Notes: a model not told the origin generated them from the sequence alone. Positions 39,726 through 50,669 are shown, numbered from the stretch's first letter. The stretch: 64,000 bases of DNA from Nitrosopumilus sp. (GCA_965219345.1 OZ244732.1:1728001-1792000), one strand, 5' to 3'. Program-made: numbers and translations.

Positions 39726-42583
39726 TGTCTGGCATTGAAAACCTCATAATTTGTAACCCGTATAAAATGCCCTCATATCACTGGAAGTATGATCGTACGA
39801 ATAGAAAGTTTGATCTAGTATCAGACAGAAGGCCAGCAGGATTTCTTATTGCATCAGAAGACAGCAAGACATTTGATGATCCTGGGGAATTCAGAGAGTT
39901 AGAACTAGTAAACAGGATACGAGAGAAAGTCGATAGTTGGAGAGCAAAAGACTATCCAAATGTTACGGGAATTACAAAGCAGCTGCTCCGATTTTGGCAC
40001 GATGGAACAAAACGAGAAAACAAGTTCTTTTTTTGTCAGCTAGAGGCAATTGAGACTTTAATCTGGCTGGCAGAAGCATCTGATGCAGAAAAACAGGGAA
40101 TACAAATTCCATCTGATGGCGGTTTGTTTCAAAGGCTGTGTTGCAAGATGGCAACAGGAACAGGCAAGACAATTGTAATGGCAATGCTGATTGCATGGCA
40201 GGTAATCAACAAAGTAACCTATCCACAAGACACACGGTTTTCAAAAAACATTTTGGTCATGGCGCCAGGACTCACTGTAAAATCAAGATTACAGGTTTTG
40301 TTTCCCACAAATGCGGATAATTCTTATGACATGTTTTGTATAATTCCAGAGTCATTTTATGAGAAATTATTTCAAGGCAAATTCACCTTACATAACTGGC
40401 ACACATTAATGCCCGAAGATGACGCGCCAAGAAGCGTTGTAAAACTAGGCAAAGAAAGCAATGGTATCTTTTCAAGAAGAATTCTAGGACATGATTCCAA
40501 AAACATCATTGTCATAAATGACGAGGCACATCATGCGTATCGCGCAAATGTTGATCAGGCATCCAAGATATCAAAAACAGAGCTAGAACGTGACAAGCGA
40601 TGGATTGAAGGATTAGACAAGATACACGATGCACGAAACATTGTAAAATGCTTTGATTTTTCTGCAACCCCATTCATACCATCAGGAAAAAATGTAACTG
40701 AGGATACGTTGTTTGAATGGATTGTATCAGATTTTTCATTAAATGACGCAATTGAATCCGGACTGACCAAAACGCCTAGAATTGCAATCAGGGACGATGG
40801 TGGCAAATTCTCCAAGGAATATCGCTCCAGATTTTATCACCTGTACAGAGACGATGAGGTAAAGCCAGATCTTAACAGAAATGCAAAACCGCATGAAAAG
40901 TTGCCTGACTTGATATCTAATGCATATTTTCTTTTGGGTCAGGACTGGATTGAGACAAAAAAACTATGGGATAAACAAGGATCAAAGATTCCACCTGTAA
41001 TGATTACCGTATGCAACAAGACGCAGACTGCAGCTAGAGTCATGTATTCATTTGAGAAAAACAAATTTGGATTAGAAGAGCTCTCAAATCCTGAGCACCT
41101 GCTGCACATTGATTCAACTACAATAAACAAAGCAGAAGAGCAAGAATCTGCCGGATCCGAATCAGACGAGGCAGAAGGCCTCAGAGAAAAGGTAGATACT
41201 GTAGGCAAGATAGGCAGGCCAGGCGAGCAGATCAGAAACATCATTGCAGTACAGATGTTATCAGAAGGATGGGATGCAAGAAATGTCACCCACATTATGG
41301 GTCTGAGGGCGTTTTCTAGTCAATTGTTGTGTGAGCAGGTAGTGGGCAGGGGATTGCGAAGAACATCATATGAAATCGACTCTGATAAGGGATTATTCTC
41401 ACCAGAATATGTCAATGTGTTTGGTGTGCCATTTACCTTCTTGCCTCACGAGGGTGGAGAGGGAACACCACCGCCCCCAACTCCACATACTATGATAGCG
41501 CCAGATCCTGACAAGGCAGAACACAAGATCTCTTGGCCAAACATTGACAGAATCGATGTGGATTTTTTACCAAAGCTTACAGTTGACTGGAAGAAAATAA
41601 AACCACTAGAGCTGCGAAGCGACGGTATTGCTACAAGTGTAGGAATGGCTCAGGTTTTGGATGGAAAGCCACATGTAGATAAAATGTCAGAAATTGATCT
41701 GTACGAGTTAAACAAAGAGATAAGACTGCAACGGATAATCTTTCTTGCCGCAAAAGATGTCTATGACAGCATGTCTCCTAACTGGAAAGGAAACAAGGAA
41801 TTTCTTCTAATACAAGTTGTAAAGCTAGTTGAGGAGTTTATCTGTTCATTTCAGATCAACGTAGTTGATGTCTCTGATGATGACCTGCGAACAAAGATGA
41901 CCATTATGTTTAACATGCAAAAGGTCGTAGCTCATGTCTGTAAAAGCATTACAGATTCTAATGTGGAGAAAAGACAGATTCATCTCAATTCAAACAAGCC
42001 AATAAAGTCTACATCCGATATGCGTCCATGGAATACAAAAAAGCCTGCTGAATACACTGTAAAATCCCACATCAACATGGCAGTGTACGATTCAAAATGG
42101 GAGATTGGCACAGGGCAAGAATTAGAGAGAAACAAAAATGTGGTATCTTGGGTAAGAAATGATCATATCGGCTTTGTGATAAGGTATCTGTATAACGGAA
42201 TCATACATGACTATTATCCAGATTTTTTAATTCATTTAGAGAATAATGTTACCTTGGTTTTGGAGATAAAGGGAGTGGATGATAACCAGAACAAGGAAAA
42301 ACGCAGATATCTAGCAGAATGGATAGATGTGGTAAACGAGAATGGAAGTTACGGAACATGGACATGGGATGTTGCGTTTCATCCAAGCGAGGTACGGGGA
42401 ATAATTGCAGATCATGGCAAGACGAGGGTCTCTGCCAATGAATATGCAAGATGTCCCAAATGTGGTAAGGATGCCAAATCAAGGCAGGAGATTGACAAAG
42501 AGTTTGGGTTTAGGAATATGGATGGGATGAGTAGACCTCAATCATGGTGCAGGAATTGCAGAAAAGGCATAACTGTTGCATAA
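39725..42583 (+). CDS. res: type III restriction endonuclease/helicase (Res) with C-terminal zinc finger
   Basis: KMATGTGKT, NDEAHHAYR, SATPF, MLSEGWDA, EQVVGRGLRR, YYPDFL..LEIKG; tail CPKC..FGFR..QSWCRNC. Confidence 0.92.
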   Translation: MSGIENLIICNPYKMPSYHWKYDRTNRKFDLVSDRRPAGFLIASEDSKTFDDPGEFRELELVNRIREKVDSWRAKDYPNVTGITKQLLRFWHDGTKRENKFFFCQLEAIETLIWLAEASDAEKQGIQIPSDGGLFQRLCCKMATGTGKTIVMAMLIAWQVINKVTYPQDTRFSKNILVMAPGLTVKSRLQVLFPTNADNSYDMFCIIPESFYEKLFQGKFTLHNWHTLMPEDDAPRSVVKLGKESNGIFSRRILGHDSKNIIVINDEAHHAYRANVDQASKISKTELERDKRWIEGLDKIHDARNIVKCFDFSATPFIPSGKNVTEDTLFEWIVSDFSLNDAIESGLTKTPRIAIRDDGGKFSKEYRSRFYHLYRDDEVKPDLNRNAKPHEKLPDLISNAYFLLGQDWIETKKLWDKQGSKIPPVMITVCNKTQTAARVMYSFEKNKFGLEELSNPEHLLHIDSTTINKAEEQESAGSESDEAEGLREKVDTVGKIGRPGEQIRNIIAVQMLSEGWDARNVTHIMGLRAFSSQLLCEQVVGRGLRRTSYEIDSDKGLFSPEYVNVFGVPFTFLPHEGGEGTPPPPTPHTMIAPDPDKAEHKISWPNIDRIDVDFLPKLTVDWKKIKPLELRSDGIATSVGMAQVLDGKPHVDKMSEIDLYELNKEIRLQRIIFLAAKDVYDSMSPNWKGNKEFLLIQVVKLVEEFICSFQINVVDVSDDDLRTKMTIMFNMQKVVAHVCKSITDSNVEKRQIHLNSNKPIKSTSDMRPWNTKKPAEYTVKSHINMAVYDSKWEIGTGQELERNKNVVSWVRNDHIGFVIRYLYNGIIHDYYPDFLIHLENNVTLVLEIKGVDDNQNKEKRRYLAEWIDVVNENGSYGTWTWDVAFHPSEVRGIIADHGKTRVSANEYARCPKCGKDAKSRQEIDKEFGFRNMDGMSRPQSWCRNCRKGITVA

Positions 42584-42740
42584 AACATGATGCAAAAAAA
42601 TCAACAGTGGTTCAAGATAGTCCAATCTTTCGAAACCCTATAGAACCGTATTTGTTATTCAAAGATGTTAAAGAATCTCACTTGATCCCTGAAAACACCC
42701 TAACTTGACAAAGCAGTAAAAACTCCCACTAAGTTAACAG

Positions 42741-43649
42741 AGCAATTGTTAAAGAATTCAATGGAAGATTTGCATCCAGTCTAACAACTAACGGCATAGA
42801 CAAAATCAAAGATTCTAATGTCATGATCAAAGACAAGGAAACGGGATTAAAGAATATCATAATGGAGAACATGATCAATCCCAGATCAGATGGATACAAG
42901 GGAGTCAAGGAACCATTGTACTCAGCGATTTTTTTGGCCCTCCTAATACTAGCAAAACTAGCTTGGCAGAAGCTATATCTTCTGTTCTTGGATAGAATTT
43001 CATCAAGTTTCAATCAGGAGGTTTCCTTACGGACGGCATCCAGAAAGCAACGGGTAGAGCCAGATACGTCTTTGACAGACTACTGCATTTGGAAGACACA
43101 GTTGTGTTGTTTGACGAGATTGAAGGGTTTGTAAGATCAAGAGAACCAGGTAAAGAAGGAGAAAAACCAGAATTAGACAACAGGATGCTGACAACATCCA
43201 TGTTGATTCTTATCAATGATCTAAGACGTAAAGAAAAAATAATTTTCATCGTAGCAACAAATTATTTTGAAGGTTTTGATTCGGCTGTAAAAAGACCAGG
43301 CAGGTTTGACATGATATTACATGTAGGCCCGCCCCACAAGGCATCAATGAAGGAAGTTGCAGAAGAGTTCCAAGGTAAGAAAAAACTTGGTGAAAATGTG
43401 GATCTGGAAATCGTCAACAAAATCATAGATGAGGAATACGATAACAACCTAGAATATTTTACATACGGCGAATGGACGTTTTTATTGAAAGAGTTGAACG
43501 AGGAGATGGAGAATGGATTAGACATACAAGACGTTGAAAAAAGGTGCAGGGAGATGGTCAAGGATAAATTCAGGTCAACAATTTTGTCTGACGAAAAATT
43601 AAAAGAAAGATATGATGAAAACAAGGGTAAGTCGAGGGCAAGAGGATAA
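42741..43649 (+). pseudogene. AAA+ ATPase, C-terminal part, with a frameshift and a stop
   Basis: Frameshift in T7 run (42929-42935) before FGPPNTSKT; TAG at 42993-42995; Walker B VVLFDEIE; ATN; RPGRFD. Confidence 0.85.
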
Positions 43650-43653
43650 GCAA

Positions 43654-44184
43654 ATGACAATCAATTGTACAGTGTCAGGAAGTTTCAACAAACATTTGAA
43701 CTTAGTATTTGACAAGATAAAGGAACTTGAAAAAAACGGCATTGCAGTACTGTCTCCCAAAATAAATCCAACTGTACGAAAAACAGATGATTTTGTCTAT
43801 CTAGAAGGAGATGTAGGATCACCAAGAGAAATTGAGCTCATGCACCTAGATGCAATCTCGAGAAGTGATTTTCTATACGTGGTAAATCCAAAAGGATATG
43901 TTGGAAAGAGCACCTTACTTGAAATAGGATTTGAGTTGTCAAAAGGAATCAGAATATTTTCTAGTGACAAAGTGACGGATACGCCATTTAACGAGATTGT
44001 GATGCATGCACCAAATATTTCAGACATCAGAAATGAGATTGCGGATTGCCTCACATACCTGATTGATTTGGCCAATCTTGCAAACGTAAACCTGCAGGAT
44101 GCTTTCATGGAAAAAGAAAACATCAACAAAGACAGAACATGGGGAACTAAGAAAGATATCCAACGACTAACGACAGAGGAATAA
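43654..44184 (+). CDS. nucleoside 2-deoxyribosyltransferase-like domain fused to a partial MazG-like domain
   Basis: VSGSF..VLSP..HLDAI..SDFLYV.NP.GYVG.S..LEIG, then NEIADCLTYLIDLAN..NLQDAF.EKE.IN..RTW; first MazG EExxE helix not seen. Confidence 0.6.
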   Translation: MTINCTVSGSFNKHLNLVFDKIKELEKNGIAVLSPKINPTVRKTDDFVYLEGDVGSPREIELMHLDAISRSDFLYVVNPKGYVGKSTLLEIGFELSKGIRIFSSDKVTDTPFNEIVMHAPNISDIRNEIADCLTYLIDLANLANVNLQDAFMEKENINKDRTWGTKKDIQRLTTEE

Positions 44185-44441
44185 AATGGAAACAAAAAGA
44201 TTTGCAAAAAAGGAATCAGGGAACATATAAAAAAAAATTGAGATAAAAATCCCTTGGAGAGATTTATGAAATTAGTTTAACACTCTAAGATCTTAGAGAC
44301 TTGAACCAATCATACAATTCCCCTAATGCGAACCGAGTCTTCACAAATCCAAACATTTATGGCACATTTTAACTCACTAAATACCGATTGGTTTGCACGC
44401 CAACAAACCTAGAGGGATAGCAATGTTATTCCTCTAGGACA

Positions 44442-46328
44442 TTACATTCTATCAGGTGCAACTATACCTAAAAGATCTAATGCTTTTTCAATAGTAATTT
44501 TAAAAGAATCCACAATGCAGAGACGAGAATTCTCTAATGATTCATCTCCTAATTCTAAAACCTTGACATGCTCATAAAATGAATTGAATGATACAGCCAA
44601 ATCATGACAATATCTTGCAATGACTTTGGGAGATAAATTGTTTGTAGCATCACGAACATGTATATCAAATAGGCCAATTGTTTTAATCAAATCTAATTCA
44701 GATTGTTCTTTGAGTAAAGAAAAATCAACGTCAATAGATACAGTACGTTCAGATTTTTCTAAAATTCTAACAGCTCTTGCATGTGTATATTGTATGTATG
44801 GTGCAGTGTCACCGTCCAAGCTAAGTGACTTTGTTAAATCAAATGCAATAATTTTATCCAAATCTTGTTTTATCATCTCATAACGCAAAGTGCCAACTGA
44901 GACATTATGAGCAATTTTTTCAATCTCAGATGAATCCATTTTAGGATGTCTTTTAGTAGTTTCCTCAATTGTTTTCTTTTTTAACAAATCATACACAGAA
45001 TCAGCATTGACATAAAGTCCCTTTCGTCCCGACATTTGAGCTTGCTTCCCATCAGTATTCAGTCCAAGAATTTTTGCAGTCTCAGAACTAAGAGTAACTG
45101 ATTCATACCCAAGATGAACATATGCATCTGGAATTGATTTGAATTTCCCCATCATAAAAGTAATGATTTTTTGTAATCTTGCCTGACGGGAATCAATTAC
45201 AGTGATGACTTTATCTCCAGTAAAGTTCTGAGATGACGAATCACTTTCATTTAGGCTAGTCTGCCACAATACTCGAGAATTAGGTTGTTTTTTTTCATAT
45301 TTTTCATAATGAAATGGATCATCTAGTAATCCCAGTTTCCACGCAGCATATGGAATGTCTTTGGCAATGTAGGTAGCAGTTCCATTACTTCGCACAATTA
45401 CCTTGTCTTCTTTTTTACCATCACCACGAATTACCCAGCATCTCGCATTCTTACCTTCATTTTCAAATTCTATTAGGCTCATTTCTTTTAATTTTTCAAA
45501 GATTTTACTCCATAATCCTGAACGAATAATCTGAGATTCAAAATTAAGACAATCATAAGAAACTGACAAATTCCAACATGTTTCTAGCTGATTTGCTAAA
45601 ACTTTGCGTGTAATGGTATCGGCAAATTTTGCAGTTTCAGAATTTCCATCCTCAAGTTCTTGTAAAACATTTTTTCTAATCTCTTCAAGACTAGAATCAG
45701 ATTCATATTTTTCTGTGGTTTTGACATATACGTCATCACCACAATAATGATCAAACTTCTTTCCATCAGGTGGTTCTGGATCAAATCCTAAATGTTTGAA
45801 TCCAACTATAATATCAGCTACTTGAAGACCAGAATCATCAACATAGTTTAGAACATTAACTTTGTAGTTTGCTTTTTGCAAAATTCGTGAAATGCAATCT
45901 CCAATGATAATATTTCTAACATGTCCTATGTGTAAAGCCTTGTTAGGATTTACACTTGTATGCTCTACTACAATTGTAGAATTTTTTCCAATATCAACAT
46001 CACCAAATTCCGGAAGATGAGCCTCAGCTAGAATTAAGTGGTTTAGTTTTTCCCAATTAGCAAAGAAATTCAAGTATCCTGATGGATGTGCTTCTGATTT
46101 TAAAACAAGTGTACTAGAACAAGAATCATATTTTTCAGATAACATTTCAGCAATATCTTTTGGGTTTTTTTTGAGTTGTTTTGAAAGTAAAAATGAAACA
46201 TTTGAGCTAACATCACCAAAACCAAGTTTTGCAGGTTCAACAGTGAATTTTACATCAGATATTGAAAGGTCTCCAAGTATCTTGTTAAGGTTATTTTCAA
46301 TTTCATCAATAATTGATTTGAATGTCAT
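44442..46328 (-). CDS. argS: arginine--tRNA ligase
   Basis: EHTSVNPNKALHIGHVRN, MSGRKG, PYIQYTHAR. Confidence 0.97.
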   Translation of the reverse strand: MTFKSIIDEIENNLNKILGDLSISDVKFTVEPAKLGFGDVSSNVSFLLSKQLKKNPKDIAEMLSEKYDSCSSTLVLKSEAHPSGYLNFFANWEKLNHLILAEAHLPEFGDVDIGKNSTIVVEHTSVNPNKALHIGHVRNIIIGDCISRILQKANYKVNVLNYVDDSGLQVADIIVGFKHLGFDPEPPDGKKFDHYCGDDVYVKTTEKYESDSSLEEIRKNVLQELEDGNSETAKFADTITRKVLANQLETCWNLSVSYDCLNFESQIIRSGLWSKIFEKLKEMSLIEFENEGKNARCWVIRGDGKKEDKVIVRSNGTATYIAKDIPYAAWKLGLLDDPFHYEKYEKKQPNSRVLWQTSLNESDSSSQNFTGDKVITVIDSRQARLQKIITFMMGKFKSIPDAYVHLGYESVTLSSETAKILGLNTDGKQAQMSGRKGLYVNADSVYDLLKKKTIEETTKRHPKMDSSEIEKIAHNVSVGTLRYEMIKQDLDKIIAFDLTKSLSLDGDTAPYIQYTHARAVRILEKSERTVSIDVDFSLLKEQSELDLIKTIGLFDIHVRDATNNLSPKVIARYCHDLAVSFNSFYEHVKVLELGDESLENSRLCIVDSFKITIEKALDLLGIVAPDRM

Positions 46329-46437
46329 CTTATATCTCAGATAATTTAGGTGCTAATTTATCTAATGGCGTAATGATTCGTAATTGTTTTACAATCACTG
46401 TGCCTAGATTAGATTGATAATTATGATAAATGCGTGG

Positions 46438-46545
46438 ATTGATGCTAAAATGCTATTTCCAATTCATACAGAACATCCTACTGAATATATGCGAGTAACA
46501 AACAAGATCAATATTGTTAAATTGAACAAAAAATATGAGATTTAG
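46438..46545 (+). pseudogene. C-terminal remnant of a metallo-beta-lactamase/RNase J-like hydrolase
   Basis: IDAKMLFPIHTEHP...KKYEI* motif. Confidence 0.5.
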
Positions 46546-46546
46546 A

Positions 46547-47041
46547 ATGGTTAAACAAGAAAATTACAATATTGTTTCAGAAGCAATTGTAGAAGAACTT
46601 CTAAAAAAAGAGTACGGGGACAAAGTAAAAAAAATTAGTGGAACTGGTGCTGGAAAAGTAGGCGATTTTAAAGTTGGACAAAAAATAATTGAAGTTAAAG
46701 GGTCGTGGTCTGATGAGTCTGGGAAAAAAGATGATGAATTTGATTTTGTTTCAAGTGGTTTTGACGTTTCTGATAAAGAATGGGAAATCATTGAAAATAA
46801 TTCAAAAAATTTTGAATTATGGGTTGTTTATAGATTAAATAGAACGCATAAAGATGTAAAAGGTTGGCCTGTAAGATATGCTATTCTAAGTGGAACAATA
46901 TTAAAAAAATGTAAACATACTTTTCCCAAAGTAAGATTACACATTCTAAAAGAGTTATGGAAAGAATCTGATCAAGAAGATGTACCAAAAAAAATTTTAA
47001 CTAAACATATAAACAAAAAGAAAAAAAAGACAATCAGATAA
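46547..47041 (+). CDS. PD-(D/E)xK nuclease-like protein (DUF3883-like)
   Basis: SEAIV..GDFKVGQKIIEVKG..DVSDKEW..FELWVV. Confidence 0.55.
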   Translation: MVKQENYNIVSEAIVEELLKKEYGDKVKKISGTGAGKVGDFKVGQKIIEVKGSWSDESGKKDDEFDFVSSGFDVSDKEWEIIENNSKNFELWVVYRLNRTHKDVKGWPVRYAILSGTILKKCKHTFPKVRLHILKELWKESDQEDVPKKILTKHINKKKKKTIR

Positions 47042-47042
47042 C

Positions 47043-47291
47043 TCAGTCATTTATTTTTCTGCAAATTTTTTTGATTCCCTTTATTCCTATTCCAATAAAA
47101 TTATCATCAATTCCAAATCTCTCAAAAATTCTTCTCAAGAAATAACTTCTAGCAAATGAAACTGTAGCATAAACAAAGGTGATTGCTAAATTTGCAACAA
47201 GTGGATCTTCTTTAATCCAGCCCATTGATATAGACCTATTGAGGTTATACGTGAGTATCGTACCTATAAATTTGAAAATTTTTGTGTTCAA
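47043..47291 (-). pseudogene. small membrane protein fragment
   Basis: Hydrophobic helix followed by SFARSYFLRRIFERFG; no clear start. Confidence 0.35.
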
Positions 47292-47336
47292 GAAACAGAA
47301 ATCATTCTGACTGTCTTTATTCCCAAGGAAGTCTCC

Positions 47337-48140
47337 ATGTATATCATGCCCTTCAAAAATTATTCTCCAAATTTAAAAATTGAATTACAAGATGGAAAAC
47401 CATCTCCTATTTTTTCCTATAAAGAACTACATAGAATACTAGGAAGAGAATTCACTTTGGATGAAATTAGAGGATTATGTGCTGAAAGTTATGGTTTAGA
47501 TAAAAAAGAATTTGAAATATACACTAATTTTGGAATAATTTTATTTCCTGATCATGAAGATCATATTAATGAAATAAAAATTACGTATCTTGAACCTGGA
47601 GAATTAGAAAAAGATACTTCTTTCTTTCTCACAAAAAATGTAAAATTTTCACATAGATTTTTGCCTGCTGATAAATCTAGTCTTTATGTTTCGGTAAATG
47701 TGAATGACAAATATGAAATCGAAAAAGAACCCACAATCTCAAAAATTAAAGAAGAACATTATGGATTCGATAATACTTCAGTTGCTGAAAATTATGAACC
47801 TATTGATTCCAAACCTCACGTTATTTTAGACGATAAGAAACATAACGTTTTGAATTTTCCAAGAAAATTTTCTGATGAAATAAAAATTGATTACAGAATT
47901 AAAATTCCTCAGATGGTTATAGTTTGGCTTTGGTTTGGTTTTTTTATTGGTGTAGGAACCATATTTTTCACTATTTTTGCTTCTATTCAAAATTACCCTG
48001 TAGCTTTGGGAGGTATTGGTGTGTTGATTGGTCTCAGAATTATGTTATTTCATGATGTAGAATTACTTGATAGATGGAATTGGGCTTACTTGATTTTAAT
48101 TGCTTTGAATATCATAGTTTTAGGATTAGTTTTGTTATGA
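47337..48140 (+). CDS. hypothetical protein with three C-terminal transmembrane helices
   Basis: AT-rich ORF; architecture similar to the 4318-5235 product. Confidence 0.6.
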   Translation: MYIMPFKNYSPNLKIELQDGKPSPIFSYKELHRILGREFTLDEIRGLCAESYGLDKKEFEIYTNFGIILFPDHEDHINEIKITYLEPGELEKDTSFFLTKNVKFSHRFLPADKSSLYVSVNVNDKYEIEKEPTISKIKEEHYGFDNTSVAENYEPIDSKPHVILDDKKHNVLNFPRKFSDEIKIDYRIKIPQMVIVWLWFGFFIGVGTIFFTIFASIQNYPVALGGIGVLIGLRIMLFHDVELLDRWNWAYLILIALNIIVLGLVLL

Positions 48141-48469
48141 AAATAAAATGGAGATTCTATAACTCTGCGGTTAATTTGTTTCCTAATGATGCCTTAACAA
48201 TTTTAGAACAGTCATCATCTTGCAAGTCTAAACAACGTATTGGAATTCCCATTACAGCCACTCATTTTTTATAAATAATATTCTGTATATAAATCCCCCA
48301 TATCTGCTTGAGTTGAAACTTTTGTTGGATTTTGTCATGTTTGCTTACATTTTGATTATTAGGTAGATCTAATTCATTACTTTTCTATGCGTGGTAAATA
48401 TGAGGTCAACATATGACATAATTTCTGTAAGGGGAATGTTATCAAGTAATTTGTAGGAATAAAAACAAT

Positions 48470-49165
48470 CTATTTGTTCAAATCGGTAAAGGCGAGTTTA
48501 TCTAGTGCCTCTAAAACACCATCACCTGCTTTGGCAGAAACTACCATTGCAGCCTCAGATTGTACCGATTCAGAAGCATTTCCTAGTGCAATACTTGTTT
48601 TTGCCACCTTAAACAATGGAATATCTGTGGCACTGTCTCCAATGGCTATAACATCATCTCTCAAAATAGAAAATTTTTTCATGATTTCACTAAATCCTGC
48701 ACCCTTATCAATTCCAGAAGAATTGATATGGTAAGCATATTGACTGTCAGATAGTTCTACATCAAGATTATTTTCAGCTATCACCTTTCTTGCAAGATCT
48801 AGATCAAATGTTCTTTGTAAAACAACTTCAGTCATTCTTGGGAAAACAGGTTTTTCTTTGACGTTTTCAACATTACTTTTGATAACTCGAAATGCATTTT
48901 TACATTCTTCAATATTCCCTAACAGAATATGTTCATTAGAACCAAGAGTAATGCAACCACCATTTTCACCAACAGAGATTTTTGTAGTTCCCCCAAATAT
49001 TGATAGCAAGAATCCTTCAACGGAAGAACGTCCAGTTACAAAGATCACATTATGTCCCATGTTAGTTAATCGCCTTAATGCCTCAAGTGCATCCAAATGT
49101 ATTCTGCCTCCACCATTTTCAGTAATTGTTCCATCAATATCTACTGCAAATGTTCTCTTTTTCAT
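48470..49165 (-). CDS. HAD hydrolase, phosphoglycolate phosphatase (SPP-like)
   Basis: DIDGTIT, TGR, DKG, GDSATD. Confidence 0.88.
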   Translation of the reverse strand: MKKRTFAVDIDGTITENGGGRIHLDALEALRRLTNMGHNVIFVTGRSSVEGFLLSIFGGTTKISVGENGGCITLGSNEHILLGNIEECKNAFRVIKSNVENVKEKPVFPRMTEVVLQRTFDLDLARKVIAENNLDVELSDSQYAYHINSSGIDKGAGFSEIMKKFSILRDDVIAIGDSATDIPLFKVAKTSIALGNASESVQSEAAMVVSAKAGDGVLEALDKLAFTDLNK

Positions 49166-49254
49166 ACAAAGTATCTTACAAACCGAATAATATTTGCTAC
49201 GTACACAAGTAATACGGTTTTATTTGAAGGGAATGTTGCAAGAGATGAATAGTA

Positions 49255-50364
49255 TTGGGAATTCCTGAAAAAATTAAAGCCATTCAAGACGAGATGTCAA
49301 AAACTCAGATCAACAAAGCAACAGAGCACCACATAGGTTTACTCAAAGCAAAAATTGCAAAACTGAAAAGAGAGCAAGAAGAGAGTATCATTAAAAAATC
49401 AGGCATGAAATCTGATGGATTTGATGTCAGGAGATCAGGTGATGCAACAGTTGTATTTATTGGATTACCAAGTGTTGGAAAATCCACATTATTGAATAAA
49501 ATGACAAAAGCAAAATCCACGGTAGGTGCTTTTACATTTACAACACTTACCGTAGTTCCAGGTATGATGGAATATAGGGGTGCAAAAATTCAAGTCTTAG
49601 ACCTTCCAGGAATTATTAAAGGAGCATCTACAGGTAAAGGGTTAGGAAAGAGAATTTTATCGGTTGCAAGAACAGCAGATCTTGTATTACTAATGTTAGA
49701 TGTATTTCAGCCATATCACGAAAATGTTTTAGTAAATGAATTAGGCAATATCGGAATCAGACTTAATCAACTACCACCAAACATCACTATTGAAAAAGCA
49801 GCAATGGGTGGAATTGCAGTTGCCCAACAGGTTAAACTTAAAAAAATTTCAGAAAAACATCTAAAAGATATATTGCATCTTTATGGAATTGTTAGTGCTC
49901 GTGTTGTTATCAGAGAAGATATCACATCAGAACAACTAGCAGATTTTATTGCAGGAAATATTAGTTATTCAAAATCAATTACAATTTTAAACAAAATTGA
50001 TTTAGTTGATAAAAAGTTTCTAAAAGAGTTGAAGAAGAAAATAAAATCAGAGGTAATAGAAGTATCAGCAGAATCAGACATCAACATTGAATCACTCAAA
50101 GAGGAGATCTATCAGAAATTAAAATTTATTAGAATTTACATGAGACCGAAAGGGGAAGAAACAGATTTCAAAGAACCATTGATTGCAAGAGAGGGAGACA
50201 CGGTTGAAGATATTTGCAACAAACTCCATCGTAGGATGAAAAGAGCATTCAGATATGGTTTAGTTTGGGGTAAAAGTGTAAAGTTTGGCGGACAAAGAGT
50301 AGGTTTGACTCATATTTTGCTAGATGAGGACGTATTAACAATTATCAAGAAACGTGGAACATAA
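49255..50364 (+). CDS. DRG/Rbg-type OBG-family GTPase with TGS domain
   Basis: NKATEHHIG, GLPSVGKST, FTTL, DLPG, NKID, GQRVGL.H.L.DEDV. Confidence 0.93.
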   Translation: MGIPEKIKAIQDEMSKTQINKATEHHIGLLKAKIAKLKREQEESIIKKSGMKSDGFDVRRSGDATVVFIGLPSVGKSTLLNKMTKAKSTVGAFTFTTLTVVPGMMEYRGAKIQVLDLPGIIKGASTGKGLGKRILSVARTADLVLLMLDVFQPYHENVLVNELGNIGIRLNQLPPNITIEKAAMGGIAVAQQVKLKKISEKHLKDILHLYGIVSARVVIREDITSEQLADFIAGNISYSKSITILNKIDLVDKKFLKELKKKIKSEVIEVSAESDINIESLKEEIYQKLKFIRIYMRPKGEETDFKEPLIAREGDTVEDICNKLHRRMKRAFRYGLVWGKSVKFGGQRVGLTHILLDEDVLTIIKKRGT

Positions 50365-50379
50365 TTCAAAAAACGTAAC

Positions 50380-50556
50380 ATGGAATATGAAGTTGAGCAC
50401 AGATGGTGCAAATATTGTATGACAAAAACAAAACAAGAGCTAATTTTTCTTCCAGATATGGCAACTTACAAGCGTAGAAGAAAATACAAATGCACAGTTT
50501 GTAGTAAAACTAGTTGGTTGCAAGGTAGAAGACCATCTGCAGAAAGTGTTTATTAA
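50380..50556 (+). CDS. 58-aa zinc-ribbon protein (not in the ORF track)
   Basis: MEYEVEHRWCKYC..YKCTVCSKT..SVY. Confidence 0.65.
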   Translation: MEYEVEHRWCKYCMTKTKQELIFLPDMATYKRRRKYKCTVCSKTSWLQGRRPSAESVY

Positions 50557-50669
50557 AAAATATTATCAAAAGAAATTTTTTGGTAAAAAATTACGTGGTA
50601 AATTGTTATCAATTTGTGTAATTTTCTTTAGTTTAACCACTGAAAAACAATGAAAATGTCGACTGAACA

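Larger units (their letters stand above)
32542..42744. mobile_element. 10.2-kb inserted element (IS6-like cargo transposon) carrying a type III RM system
   Basis: AGCAATTGTTA repeated at 32531-32541 and 42741-42751; imperfect inverted ends at 32543-32568 and 42719-42744 (19/26); the interrupted gene rejoins in frame. Confidence 0.8.

Noticed and set aside
42929-42935. Phase-variable poly-T switch in the ATPase
   Set aside because: The gene also has a downstream TAG and a 10-kb insertion, so simple decay explains it
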